A DNA stretch of 45,761 nt, from positions 1 through 45,761 of the IMG/VR virus record IMGVR_UViG_3300043406_000043, one strand, 5' to 3'. This DNA is from a virus. Taxonomy: Duplodnaviria > Caudoviricetes. A program made the position numbers and the translations under genes. Each line of letters starts with the position of its first letter. The first letter of the stretch is position 1. Of this stretch, positions 35,084 through 43,548 are shown piece by piece. A model generated the notes under the pieces. That model saw only the letters and a program-made list of their open reading frames with translations, did no database searches and was not told the origin of the DNA.

Positions 35084-36261
35084 TCTACCCGCTCTCGTCC
35101 TCCACGAGCTTGCACCCGGACGCCGTTGAGGCCGCTATTACCACGCTGCGATCCGGCCGGTACACGATGGGGACTATGGTCGAAGCCTTTGAGGAGACCA
35201 TTGCGGCCTACGTCGGGGTGCCCTACGCGGTCATGGTCAATTCAGGCTCTTCCGCCAATCTCCTCGCCATCGAGGCGATGGTGCGCCCGTCCATGGGTCG
35301 CAAAGGGTGGCAGCGTGGCGATGAAGTCCTCGTGCCGGCGGTCTCGTGGCCGACCACGGTGTGGCCCGTGGTGCAGTTGGGCCTCACGCCCGTGTTCGTG
35401 GACTCCGACCCGGACACGCTCGCCCTCGACTGGCACCATGCCGACACCCTGGTCAACGAGCGCACCGTGGGCGTGATGCTGATTCATGTGCTGGGATTGG
35501 CGGCAGACCTCGAGCAGGCGCGGCACTGGTGCCATCTGCGCGGACTCACACTGATCGAGGACTGCTGCGAGTCGTTCGGGGCGTATTCCCACGGGCACCA
35601 TGTGGGCACGGTGGGGGCGATTGGTACCTACTCGCACTACTACAGCCACCAGTTGACGACCATCGAAGGCGGGACCGTGGTCACCTCGGATCCCACCATT
35701 GCCGATGACCTCCGCAGCATGAGAAGCCACGGGTGGAGCCGCCAACGGGCGGATCGGGCGTCGTGGGAGTCGGAGAGTCCGATTGATCCGCGCTTCCTGT
35801 TCGTCTCGAGCGGCTACAACGTGCGTCCGATGGAACTGCAAGCCGCGATCGGCCTCGCGCAACTGCCGCACCTGGAGGGCATCCTCGCGGCCAAGGAGCG
35901 GTGCGCCATCGACCTCGCCAACGTCCTCCCGCCGTGGCTGCGGCTCGTGGGGGACTTCGCGTTGCAGTCACTGGACCGCCGGCACTCGTGGATGAACGCC
36001 CCGCTGATGCTCACGGATGACGCCCCGACGTCACGGGACCGGCTCGTGCGGCGGCTGGCGGAACTCGGCGTGGAGACCCGGCCCATCATCGCGGGGAACC
36101 TGCTGCAGCATCCGGTGATGTACCGGCACTGGCCTGGACGCGCAGCTTCTCATGGGTATCCGGTGGCGGATCGGGTGATGAAGCACGGGTTCATGGTCGG
36201 CTGTCACGACGAGGCGCGGGTGGACCTGATTGCGGAAGCCGTGCGGAAGGTGGCGGCGTGA
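35080..36261 (+). CDS. colD: DegT/DnrJ-fold PLP enzyme, ColD-like sugar 3-dehydratase
   Basis: MVNSGSSANL, EDCCES, YSHQLTTIEGG (His at the usual Lys position), RSHGW and GYNVRP. Confidence 0.75.
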   Translation: MIYPLSSSTSLHPDAVEAAITTLRSGRYTMGTMVEAFEETIAAYVGVPYAVMVNSGSSANLLAIEAMVRPSMGRKGWQRGDEVLVPAVSWPTTVWPVVQLGLTPVFVDSDPDTLALDWHHADTLVNERTVGVMLIHVLGLAADLEQARHWCHLRGLTLIEDCCESFGAYSHGHHVGTVGAIGTYSHYYSHQLTTIEGGTVVTSDPTIADDLRSMRSHGWSRQRADRASWESESPIDPRFLFVSSGYNVRPMELQAAIGLAQLPHLEGILAAKERCAIDLANVLPPWLRLVGDFALQSLDRRHSWMNAPLMLTDDAPTSRDRLVRRLAELGVETRPIIAGNLLQHPVMYRHWPGRAASHGYPVADRVMKHGFMVGCHDEARVDLIAEAVRKVAA

Positions 36262-36420
36262 GCGAGTACCCCGAATGGGTCGAACGGGCGATCGGGTGGC
36301 AGATCTTGCACTACGGGGACTCACTGCCTGGGCGCCACATGACAGATCCGAGAGGAACACGGCATCCGGTCTGGTGGCGTCAGTGGTGGCCGTTTAATCG
36401 ACGGAAGGTGGCGGCGTGAG
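36244..36420 (+). repeat. 19-bp direct repeat pair cggaaggtggcggcgtgag
   Basis: Exact copies at 36244-36262 and 36402-36420. Confidence 0.9.
36258..36419 (+). CDS. Small Trp-rich hypothetical protein flanked by 19-bp direct repeats
   Basis: GTGA coupling at both ends; 53 aa. Confidence 0.5.
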   Translation: MSEYPEWVERAIGWQILHYGDSLPGRHMTDPRGTRHPVWWRQWWPFNRRKVAA

Positions 36421-37204
36421 GTACGACGCCGTGTGGACGGTGGACCACCATCCCAGCCTGTGCGGCACGGCGAAGTTCAGCCATCAACTCGCGGAGCGGT
36501 TGGGTGTGCCGTGCGTGCCTGTTGGGACACCCTGCAACTATCCGCTGATCTCGGTCAGGGCGAGCGAGGTGGACTGGGAAACGTTTGCCCGCGTGGAACC
36601 GTATGACCTGTTCCTACACGACTGGGAACCTAAGGCGAAGACGGTCGCGGAGTACTGGACATGCGAGGCCGAGCGTGTCTTTGTGGCCGACACATGCATT
36701 GGTCGGCAGATTGGCCTCCGTCGCACGGTGGAGTTATTCGCGCCGGCCACGATTCAGGGGAACGCTTCGCGCCCAGGCTTCCGCGTGCTCACGTTTGGGA
36801 TGGCGCACAAGCTCAAGGCGCGGCAGTACCGGGAACTCAAGGCATGGCTCGAAGTTGTGCATCCTGACTACACCGTGAGCGTGTCCACGGCGGTGCATGA
36901 AGGTTCCCCGTGGGATGCGACGGCACAAGTGGCCGACGAACTCCGCGCCATCTTCGGGAGCCATCTCCGTGTCCTCGGGTATCTCGCAGATGATGCCCTC
37001 GCGCGGGAGTTGCAGGAGTGCGACCTCGTGGCGCTGTTCTATGAACCGGCCCTGCGTGCGAACAATACCACGTACTGGGCCGCGAAGGCGGCGGGGAAGC
37101 CGATCGTGACGAACCGAGACAACCTCTCGCCTTCTGACGACGATCCGCACACCTGGGGAGAACTGCTGTCCATCATGGAGGCGACGTGCGTAGCCTCACG
37201 ATAG
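36416..37204 (+). CDS. Glycosyltransferase (GT-B/GT4-like)
   Basis: CGTAKFS..LA N-terminus; VLTFG; LGYLADDAL..ELQECD...AKAAGKPIVT C-terminal donor-binding pattern. Confidence 0.7.
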   Translation: MRYDAVWTVDHHPSLCGTAKFSHQLAERLGVPCVPVGTPCNYPLISVRASEVDWETFARVEPYDLFLHDWEPKAKTVAEYWTCEAERVFVADTCIGRQIGLRRTVELFAPATIQGNASRPGFRVLTFGMAHKLKARQYRELKAWLEVVHPDYTVSVSTAVHEGSPWDATAQVADELRAIFGSHLRVLGYLADDALARELQECDLVALFYEPALRANNTTYWAAKAAGKPIVTNRDNLSPSDDDPHTWGELLSIMEATCVASR

Positions 37205-38121
37205 CCGGTCGCCGGATTGCCGACGACGAGCCCGCGTATGTCGTGGCGGAACTGGGGCACAACCATGGAGGATCGACCGCGACTGCGGTGCAGATGATCC
37301 AGGCCGCGGCCGCGTGTGGCGTGTCGGCGGTCAAACTCCAGAAGCGGGACAACGAGACGCTGTACAGCCAGACGATCCTGAACCAGCCCTACGAGAACGA
37401 GAACAGTTTCGGGGCGACCTACGGGGCGCATCGGGCGGCGCTGGAGTTTGACGAGCAGGGGTATGCGGTGTGCCAGCACGCCGCGAAGCAGGCTGGCGTG
37501 CCGCTGTTCGCCACGGCCTTTGACGAACCCTCTCTGGCGTTCCTGGTGGAGCGTGGCGTGCCGGCCATCAAACTGGCCTCGGGGAGCCTCACAGATGCTC
37601 CGCTCCTGAGCATGGCTGGTGCCTGCGGCTTGCCCGTCATCCTCTCGACGGGAGGTGGGACATGGCGGGACATCGATAACGCGGTCGATCTGCTGTATCG
37701 GCGCACCACAGAGTTCGCCCTGTTGCACTGCACCGCAGCCTATCCGGTGCTGGACTTCGCGGAACTCAACCTGCGGTGCATCTCAAAGATGCGAGAGCGG
37801 TATACCAACACCGTCATCGGCTGGTCCGGCCACGACTCAGGCATTGCGATGTCCACGGTGGCGTACACCCTCGGGGCAAGCATTATCGAGAAGCACTTCA
37901 CCCTGAACCGAGCCAGCAAGGGCACGGACCACGCGTTCTCCATCGAGCCGTCAGGGATGAAGAAGTTGTGCCGTGACCTGTCCCGCACACGAGTCGCCCT
38001 CGGGGACGGCATCAAGCGGATCTACCCGAGCGAAGTGAAGCCCATGGCGAAGATGCGACGGACGGAGCAGGACGGCGTGTGGCAGATTCGCGCGGCGTCC
38101 GAAGTGAAGGTCCACGTATGA
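37186..38121 (+). CDS. neuB: NeuB-family nonulosonic acid synthase lacking the C-terminal antifreeze-like domain
   Basis: VVAELGHNHGG, AVKLQKR, IKLASG, ILSTG, LLHCTAAYP, GWSGH, IEKHFTL, GTDH. Confidence 0.92.
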   Translation: MRSLTIAGRRIADDEPAYVVAELGHNHGGSTATAVQMIQAAAACGVSAVKLQKRDNETLYSQTILNQPYENENSFGATYGAHRAALEFDEQGYAVCQHAAKQAGVPLFATAFDEPSLAFLVERGVPAIKLASGSLTDAPLLSMAGACGLPVILSTGGGTWRDIDNAVDLLYRRTTEFALLHCTAAYPVLDFAELNLRCISKMRERYTNTVIGWSGHDSGIAMSTVAYTLGASIIEKHFTLNRASKGTDHAFSIEPSGMKKLCRDLSRTRVALGDGIKRIYPSEVKPMAKMRRTEQDGVWQIRAASEVKVHV

Positions 38122-38339
38122 GCGAGTTCATGACCGGGCTGCTGATGGGGGCGGCGATTGTCCTCCTGACGAGAGCGATTGATTCCAGGCAGGGCGCGAG
38201 ACCGATCCTGCGCTATCCGCTTCGGTGTTGGTTCCTTGGGCACTCGTTCGCGCCGTCTAATTACCATATTTGTTCACGGTGCCAGACCTTGGGACGTGTG
38301 GACGTCGGTAGGTTCTACTCGACGTTCTGGAGCGAATGA
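38118..38339 (+). CDS. Small membrane protein with C...GH...CxRC motif
   Basis: ATGA coupling; N-terminal TM. Confidence 0.5.
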   Translation: MSEFMTGLLMGAAIVLLTRAIDSRQGARPILRYPLRCWFLGHSFAPSNYHICSRCQTLGRVDVGRFYSTFWSE

Positions 38340-38587
38340 TGCCTGAGGGACGGTTGAAGCGGACGCGGGAGTATTACGTGACTGGGAAGACGCAGTGGTT
38401 GCGCGTGCCGGCGTCCTATCGTCCCTGTGACATCAAGGGGTGTCGGGCGTTAGTCCCAGACAGCGTGGAGGGGGCGTTGGTGCCAGGTCCGTATTTGTGT
38501 TCGGACCATCAGGGGGCCACGGTGACGATCCCTCGTCTGGCTGGACAGGCCAACGGATTGCGGTATAACGACGATGCCGACGCTTGA
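38336..38587 (+). CDS. Hypothetical protein
   Basis: CDIKGC...LC..H. Confidence 0.45.
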   Translation: MMPEGRLKRTREYYVTGKTQWLRVPASYRPCDIKGCRALVPDSVEGALVPGPYLCSDHQGATVTIPRLAGQANGLRYNDDADA

Positions 38588-38948
38588 ACGCTTCCAGCCA
38601 CGTCCGGTGGGTGACAAGCCGTGGGGGATTGAACTCCTCGTGGCGCACACCCCGCATTACACCGGCAAGGTGCTCCTGATGAACAAGGGGCACTGCGGCG
38701 GGTTGCAGTACCACGTCGAAAAGGACGAGACCTTCTACCTGTTCTCGGGTATCGCGCAAGTGGAGTGCGACCCTGGCGACGGCCTCCTCGAGACGCGGCG
38801 GATGGAGATGGGGGAGTCCTACCACGTCCCTCCCGGTGCGGTGCATCGGGTGACGGCCATCACGGACTGTGTGTTGTTCGAGACCTCCACGCCCCACTTT
38901 GACGATCGCGTGAATGTGTCCCACCTCTACGAAGGGCGGATCGACTAA
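38574..38948 (+). CDS. Cupin sugar isomerase (mannose-6-phosphate isomerase-like)
   Basis: KPWG.E, LQYH..KDETFY, VPPGAVHR, FETSTPH..D. Confidence 0.8.
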   Translation: MPTLERFQPRPVGDKPWGIELLVAHTPHYTGKVLLMNKGHCGGLQYHVEKDETFYLFSGIAQVECDPGDGLLETRRMEMGESYHVPPGAVHRVTAITDCVLFETSTPHFDDRVNVSHLYEGRID

Positions 38949-39157
38949 TGGTGCTCCATGACCTCGTCGCGGCGTTGCACCGGATCGGGGACATCTGGGA
39001 GAGCGAGATCCGCCGGCAGAAGGAGTCGGCCGCACGGTCGGATGCGCTGATGGCCGAGCAGAACACGGCGCTCAAAGTCCTGATCGAGACCAACGACGCC
39101 CACATGGCGCAGTTGGTCAAGGAACTCCGGGGCGAGGACGAAGGCTCGATTCAGTGA
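38948..39157 (+). CDS. Small coiled-coil protein
   Basis: TAATG/GTGA coupling. Confidence 0.5.
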   Translation: MVLHDLVAALHRIGDIWESEIRRQKESAARSDALMAEQNTALKVLIETNDAHMAQLVKELRGEDEGSIQ

Positions 39158-39999
39158 TCGCCCTGATTCCCGCGCGGGCTGGTTCTAAGCGCGTCCCCGG
39201 CAAGAACACGCGGCCCCTCGCGGGTCATCCGCTGATTGCCTACACCATCGCAGCCGCGCAGCAGAGCGGGGTGTTCTCCGAGGTGTTGGTGTGTACGGAC
39301 TACGTGGCGCCAGAAACCATCGCGCACCAGATGGGCGCCTTTGTCTATATCCGGGTGCCGGTGTGGGACAGCCAGCCCGACGTGGAGTGGATCCGCGAGG
39401 TGTTGGGGCAGATGTCACGCCCCGAGTCCTTCGCCATCCTGCGGCCCACGTCCCCCTTCCGCACCGCGGAGACGATCCGCCGCGCATTCCGGCTGTTCCA
39501 CACCCCAGACGGCACGCACGACAGCATCAGGGCAGTCTCTGTGGCCTCGGAGAACCCGTACAAGATGTGGACATGGCAGGGGGCCGGGTATCCGATGAAA
39601 CCCTTGCTGCAGGGCACCACAGAGGCCGGGGTGCCCCTCCATTCGGCGCCCTCGCAGGCCGCGCCGAAGGTGTGGTTGCAGAACTCATCACTGGAAATGG
39701 CATACACGAGCAACGTGGAGGCGCATGGCAGCATCGCCGGCAGAAAAGTCGTCCCATTCTTCACCACCGACGCCGAAGGGTTCAGCATCGACACCGAAGC
39801 CGACTGGCGACGAGCCGAAGTCCTCGCCGCCGAGACCCCTGCCTTACTACCGCCGCTCGGTGTGGCCGGTGTTCAGGGAATGGCTGAAACGACGCAAGCA
39901 CCCGATCCTCGTGGGGCCGTGGAAGTCGGAGGTGGGGTTCGAGGCGAACTATTGGCTCCCCTTCCTGAGTCACCTGACGACGCACTGTGGGGTGTCTAG
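39154..39999 (+). CDS. neuA: CMP-nonulosonate synthetase (acylneuraminate cytidylyltransferase)
   Basis: IALIPARAGSKRVPGKN, LIAYTI, LRPTSPFR, SIDTEADW. Confidence 0.92.
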   Translation: MIALIPARAGSKRVPGKNTRPLAGHPLIAYTIAAAQQSGVFSEVLVCTDYVAPETIAHQMGAFVYIRVPVWDSQPDVEWIREVLGQMSRPESFAILRPTSPFRTAETIRRAFRLFHTPDGTHDSIRAVSVASENPYKMWTWQGAGYPMKPLLQGTTEAGVPLHSAPSQAAPKVWLQNSSLEMAYTSNVEAHGSIAGRKVVPFFTTDAEGFSIDTEADWRRAEVLAAETPALLPPLGVAGVQGMAETTQAPDPRGAVEVGGGVRGELLAPLPESPDDALWGV

Positions 40000-40834
40000 G
40001 GATCGGTTCATCCCGATTACCAGGGGCGGAGCTGGGGCGTGGTACCACACGCCCACGTCTGTCGAACTCTTCGGGATGCGGACGCCGCAAGACCTCCGCA
40101 TCGAGAACAAGCTCCAGCAGACGCTCCGAGGGCAGGTCAAGCAGACCCACGTCACGAAGTGGGACCGGGCCGTCCTCGCGGATGCGGCCCACACGCTCGG
40201 GCTAAAGCACTACGACGTCCTCCACCCTTCGTGGATGTATCAGTTGTTCATGCCGGTGTGGACGTGTGAGCGGGGCACCGGGTGGATGCAGTCGCAGGCG
40301 TGGGCCATGGAGATTCTGAAGGCGCCTCCGGTGCCCGAGGGGTTGGTCCTTCCCGAGAAGTTCATCGCGGCGAAGTGGTATTACCGCTCGACGTGGCCGA
40401 AGTCGGACCAGAACGTGCAGTTTGCGACGGAAGTGCTTAAACTCGCCTGTCAGCAATTACCCGTCGTTCTTCTGACATCCGGGGAGTTTATCGACGACCA
40501 CTGGGACTACCTGCCGGAGATGCCGGGCGTCCTGAACCTGAAGACGCTGTACCCGGCGCTGTGTGCCCAGAACAACCTCGCGGTCCAGAGCGCGGTGATC
40601 GGGCGGTCGGAGGGGTATCTCGGGAACTACGGCGGGTTGGCGCAGTTGGCGTTGACGATGGGGAAGGCCGGGGTGACGTTCTATGACCAGTGGGGCGGGA
40701 CGCTCGCAGTCCATCGGTATCTGAGCGAGGAAATTGCGATGCGGACGGGGAAGACGTTCCAGGTGTTGAAACTGGGGGATCTGCCGCTCCTCCAGAGCAT
40801 CTTGCCGAAGATGGTGCTCGAGCCGGTGCAATAA
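39725..40834 (+). CDS. Putative glycosyltransferase-like protein (start uncertain; alternative GTG 39860)
   Basis: ILVGPWKSEVGFE..YW.P N-terminal motif; QSAVI..SEGYLGNYGGLAQLA..MGK resembles GT-B C-terminal domains. Last gene of the sugar cluster. Confidence 0.5.
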   Translation: MAASPAEKSSHSSPPTPKGSASTPKPTGDEPKSSPPRPLPYYRRSVWPVFREWLKRRKHPILVGPWKSEVGFEANYWLPFLSHLTTHCGVSRDRFIPITRGGAGAWYHTPTSVELFGMRTPQDLRIENKLQQTLRGQVKQTHVTKWDRAVLADAAHTLGLKHYDVLHPSWMYQLFMPVWTCERGTGWMQSQAWAMEILKAPPVPEGLVLPEKFIAAKWYYRSTWPKSDQNVQFATEVLKLACQQLPVVLLTSGEFIDDHWDYLPEMPGVLNLKTLYPALCAQNNLAVQSAVIGRSEGYLGNYGGLAQLALTMGKAGVTFYDQWGGTLAVHRYLSEEIAMRTGKTFQVLKLGDLPLLQSILPKMVLEPVQ

Positions 40835-40857
40835 CTCTGTGGTTGTGTTGCGTTCCA

Positions 40858-41096
40858 TGATATAGTGCGGTCATCAGCACGCACGGCCTGCCGCCGGGGT
40901 TTTGACTGTCGGGCGCGTTCGTCGAGTGCAGGGCTGATACGAGTCGCCATCGTCAAGGGCGTTCCGTCGCGGGTCGCCTCCGCGTGAACCAGGGCGCGTC
41001 GGCGTGTTGAAGGCTTCGGGTCAGCTTCAATGCGCGGCATCCCTCTGACCTTCCCAAACGGTCAGTTCTCGTGTCGATACGGCACGGGAGGTTCAC
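40858..41096 (+). ncRNA. Promoter and structured 5' leader of the capsid genes
   Basis: TGaTATAGT extended -10 at 40858-40866. Stems 40873-78/40933-38, 40968-84, 41002-35, 41045-65 and 41066-90 (the last covers the SD). Confidence 0.5.
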
Positions 41097-41657
41097 ATGG
41101 CACAGGTCGTCCTCTCCTCCGGGAGTGTGTGCAGGCCGTACCGATCGCCGTGGGGCGCGTACCCCACGCGGTCGTTTCAGGTTCTGAGCACCTCCGCGGC
41201 GATTCAACTCGGGAAGCCAGTCGCCCTCGCGGTCGCCGCGTCCACGTCGGTGGATTGCGTCATCGGCGTCACGGCGAACGCTCCAAACTACTTCAACCTT
41301 GTCGGCGTGGCCGCTGAAACCATTGCCGCGCAGACCTCGTCGGGCACGACGGGCCCGTTCATTTCGGTCTGGGAAGCGAATCCCCAGGTCGAGTTCCGCG
41401 CCGCCACCAAGGGTGGCCCGCTGGCTTCGAGCAACGTCGGACTCCGCAAGTCTCTCGTGTTCGACTCCACGCTGAACATCGCATGGGTAGACCTGTCGGT
41501 CTCGACCGCCACCGACTGGCGCGTGGTCGTGACGCAGAACATCGGTACGCTTGGCGATTCGGGAGGCGATGTGGCCTTCCGGTTCCTGAACCATGGTGCG
41601 GAACAGTGGAATAGCACCATCGCTTCGTCCAGCCCGCTGCTGGCCTTCTTCTCGTAA
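41097..41657 (+). CDS. Capsid decoration/cement protein
   Basis: IQLGKPVAL...LVGVAAE beta-tulip-like pattern directly before the MCP. Confidence 0.65.
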   Translation: MAQVVLSSGSVCRPYRSPWGAYPTRSFQVLSTSAAIQLGKPVALAVAASTSVDCVIGVTANAPNYFNLVGVAAETIAAQTSSGTTGPFISVWEANPQVEFRAATKGGPLASSNVGLRKSLVFDSTLNIAWVDLSVSTATDWRVVVTQNIGTLGDSGGDVAFRFLNHGAEQWNSTIASSSPLLAFFS

Positions 41658-41669
41658 AGGACATCAGCC

Positions 41670-42590
41670 ATGGCACAAACACGAGGCGTCAACGGTGACC
41701 TCTACGACAACGTAGATAAAACGATCTACGGCGTCATGAAGGACAAGCTCTCGGAGCTGAAGAAGATCTACCCCTCCGTCTACAACATCAAGACGAGCGA
41801 TCGGAAGTTCGAGCGCGTCGTCACCTACGTGCCCTTCGGGGACACGCTGACCAAGGGTGAGGGCGAAGCCTACGTCATGGACCTGATCCGTCAGGGCTAC
41901 ACGAAGGACTTCACGCACACCGAGAACGGTCTCGGCTTCGAGGCGACCCAGACCGCGCTGGACGACGACCAGGAGAACATCCTGTCGAAGGCCGGCGACT
42001 GGCTCGCGTTCTCGGCCCGCTACGTCGAGGAAGGCCGTGCGGCGAATCCGTTCAACAACGGGTTCACCACGGAAACGACGCCCGATGGCCTCTCGCTGTT
42101 CAACACGTCCCACGCCCTGAAGGGTGGGGGCACGGCGAAGAACCGGCCCTCGGTGGATGCGGACCTCTCGGCCACGTCGCTCGCGCAGGCGATGATCGAC
42201 AGCCAGACCGACAACAAGGACGAGGCCGGCCACATTGCGGCGCCCATCAATTCGTGGACGCTGTACATCCCGCCGACGCTCGAGTTCTTGGCGGATCGGC
42301 TGGTGAACTCGGTGGGCCTCCCTGGCTCGGCCGACAACGACAAGAACCCGCTCAAGTCGCTCCGCACCTGGAACGTGGTCGTGAATCCCAGGCTGTCGGA
42401 TGCGGACGCGTGGTTCCTCGTGGCGGGGAGCAAGTCGCAGCACGGGCTCACGTTCTACCGCCGCACGCCGATCACGATGGAGCCGATGCAGATCGATCCG
42501 CGCACCGGCAACCGGATCTTCAAGATTCGGCATCGCTTCTCGGTGGGCGCGTGGATGTGGCAGGGAACCTACGGAACCCAAGGCGCATAA
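41670..42590 (+). CDS. Major capsid protein (Mu gpT-like HK97 fold)
   Basis: KGEGE, ALDDDQ, FNNGFT...PDG..LF...H, LYIPPTLE, VNPRLSD..AWFL; SD aagga. Confidence 0.9.
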   Translation: MAQTRGVNGDLYDNVDKTIYGVMKDKLSELKKIYPSVYNIKTSDRKFERVVTYVPFGDTLTKGEGEAYVMDLIRQGYTKDFTHTENGLGFEATQTALDDDQENILSKAGDWLAFSARYVEEGRAANPFNNGFTTETTPDGLSLFNTSHALKGGGTAKNRPSVDADLSATSLAQAMIDSQTDNKDEAGHIAAPINSWTLYIPPTLEFLADRLVNSVGLPGSADNDKNPLKSLRTWNVVVNPRLSDADAWFLVAGSKSQHGLTFYRRTPITMEPMQIDPRTGNRIFKIRHRFSVGAWMWQGTYGTQGA

Positions 42591-42591
42591 C

Positions 42592-42655
42592 CAGAGGATG
42601 GGCGGGGGGCGCCTTCGGGCAGTGTGGCGTCACACGGCCCCCCGCCGCTTCTCTG
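42592..42655 (+). terminator. Three-way-junction stem-loop after the major capsid gene
   Basis: Perfect 10-bp stem 42601-10/42637-46 encloses gcc-ttcg-ggc and gtgtg-gcgt-cacac. Confidence 0.5.
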
Positions 42656-42672
42656 ACGCCGTGAGGTGAATC

Positions 42673-43167
42673 ATGGGTAAGTCAGCAGCGAAGGGCCCCT
42701 TCTACGGGGCGAAGTCTCTTCTCTGGGTCGCCGGCCCTGCCGCCGCGGCCTCCACGTCGGCCTCCACGGTGCTCGCCTTCGCACAGGGCGGCTTCGCCAA
42801 GCGCGTCGTCCCGGCCTACGAGGACTGGTTCGTCACCGAGGCGTACTTGACCTGTTCGACGGCCTCCACGGTCGCTGCGGCCTGTCAGTGGATTCTGAAG
42901 ACCGAAGGCGGCTCGACCACGATCTCTCCGCGTGAGGGGGGTGCGTCCACCAACGCCGCGACGATTCTCACGATCGCGGGTGGCGGCTCGAGCAACGTCA
43001 ACGGCTCGGCCATCGCGGCCGTCACCGCAGGCGAATACGAGGGCACCTGGTGTCCCGCGGGTTCGACGCTGCGGTGGGTCAGCACGTACGCGGATGTCCC
43101 GGTGACGCCGCAGATGCAGGTCATGGGCTACATCCGGTACATCAACTCGACCCGCTCGGAGGGTTAA
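42673..43167 (+). CDS. Ser/Thr-rich virion protein
   Basis: Follows the MCP; SD gaggtg; 9 ST dipeptides in 164 aa. Confidence 0.7.
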   Translation: MGKSAAKGPFYGAKSLLWVAGPAAAASTSASTVLAFAQGGFAKRVVPAYEDWFVTEAYLTCSTASTVAAACQWILKTEGGSTTISPREGGASTNAATILTIAGGGSSNVNGSAIAAVTAGEYEGTWCPAGSTLRWVSTYADVPVTPQMQVMGYIRYINSTRSEG

Positions 43168-43170
43168 CCC

Positions 43171-43548
43171 TTGGCCTTCCAAGACTGGGGCACCCCGCCG
43201 ATCAACTCGACCGGGGTGGCGATTGTCGCCACCACGGACACCACCACGCTGGTGGCCGAACTCGACTCCACGCGGCTCGGGACGGCATTCTTCGCCACGG
43301 GGCAGCAGCGGTGCTTCCGCGTGACGTACATCCTCGGCTCGGATACCAACACGACGTGGCAGGTCGGGGTGTGCAACTCCACGGCGTTGAACTCCGGGCA
43401 AGATGAGTTCTTCCCGAAGACCGGGCCGTTCCTGAGTCCGCAGTATGTCGTGGTTCATACGCTCGTCAAGGACCAGCGGATCCGGGTGCGGACGGCGGCG
43501 GCGTCCACCAACGCCTCGGGCTACATCTCCGCGGAGCCGTTGACGTAA
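43171..43548 (+). CDS. Ser/Thr-rich virion protein
   Basis: TTG start with SD ggaggg; beta-rich. Confidence 0.65.
   Translation: MAFQDWGTPPINSTGVAIVATTDTTTLVAELDSTRLGTAFFATGQQRCFRVTYILGSDTNTTWQVGVCNSTALNSGQDEFFPKTGPFLSPQYVVVHTLVKDQRIRVRTAAASTNASGYISAEPLT

Noticed and set aside
34526-40834. Sugar cluster as host contamination or O-antigen conversion cassette
   Set aside because: Genes are translationally coupled to phage head genes and interleaved with phage-type mini-ORFs; no membrane flippase, polymerase or Gtr-like genes.
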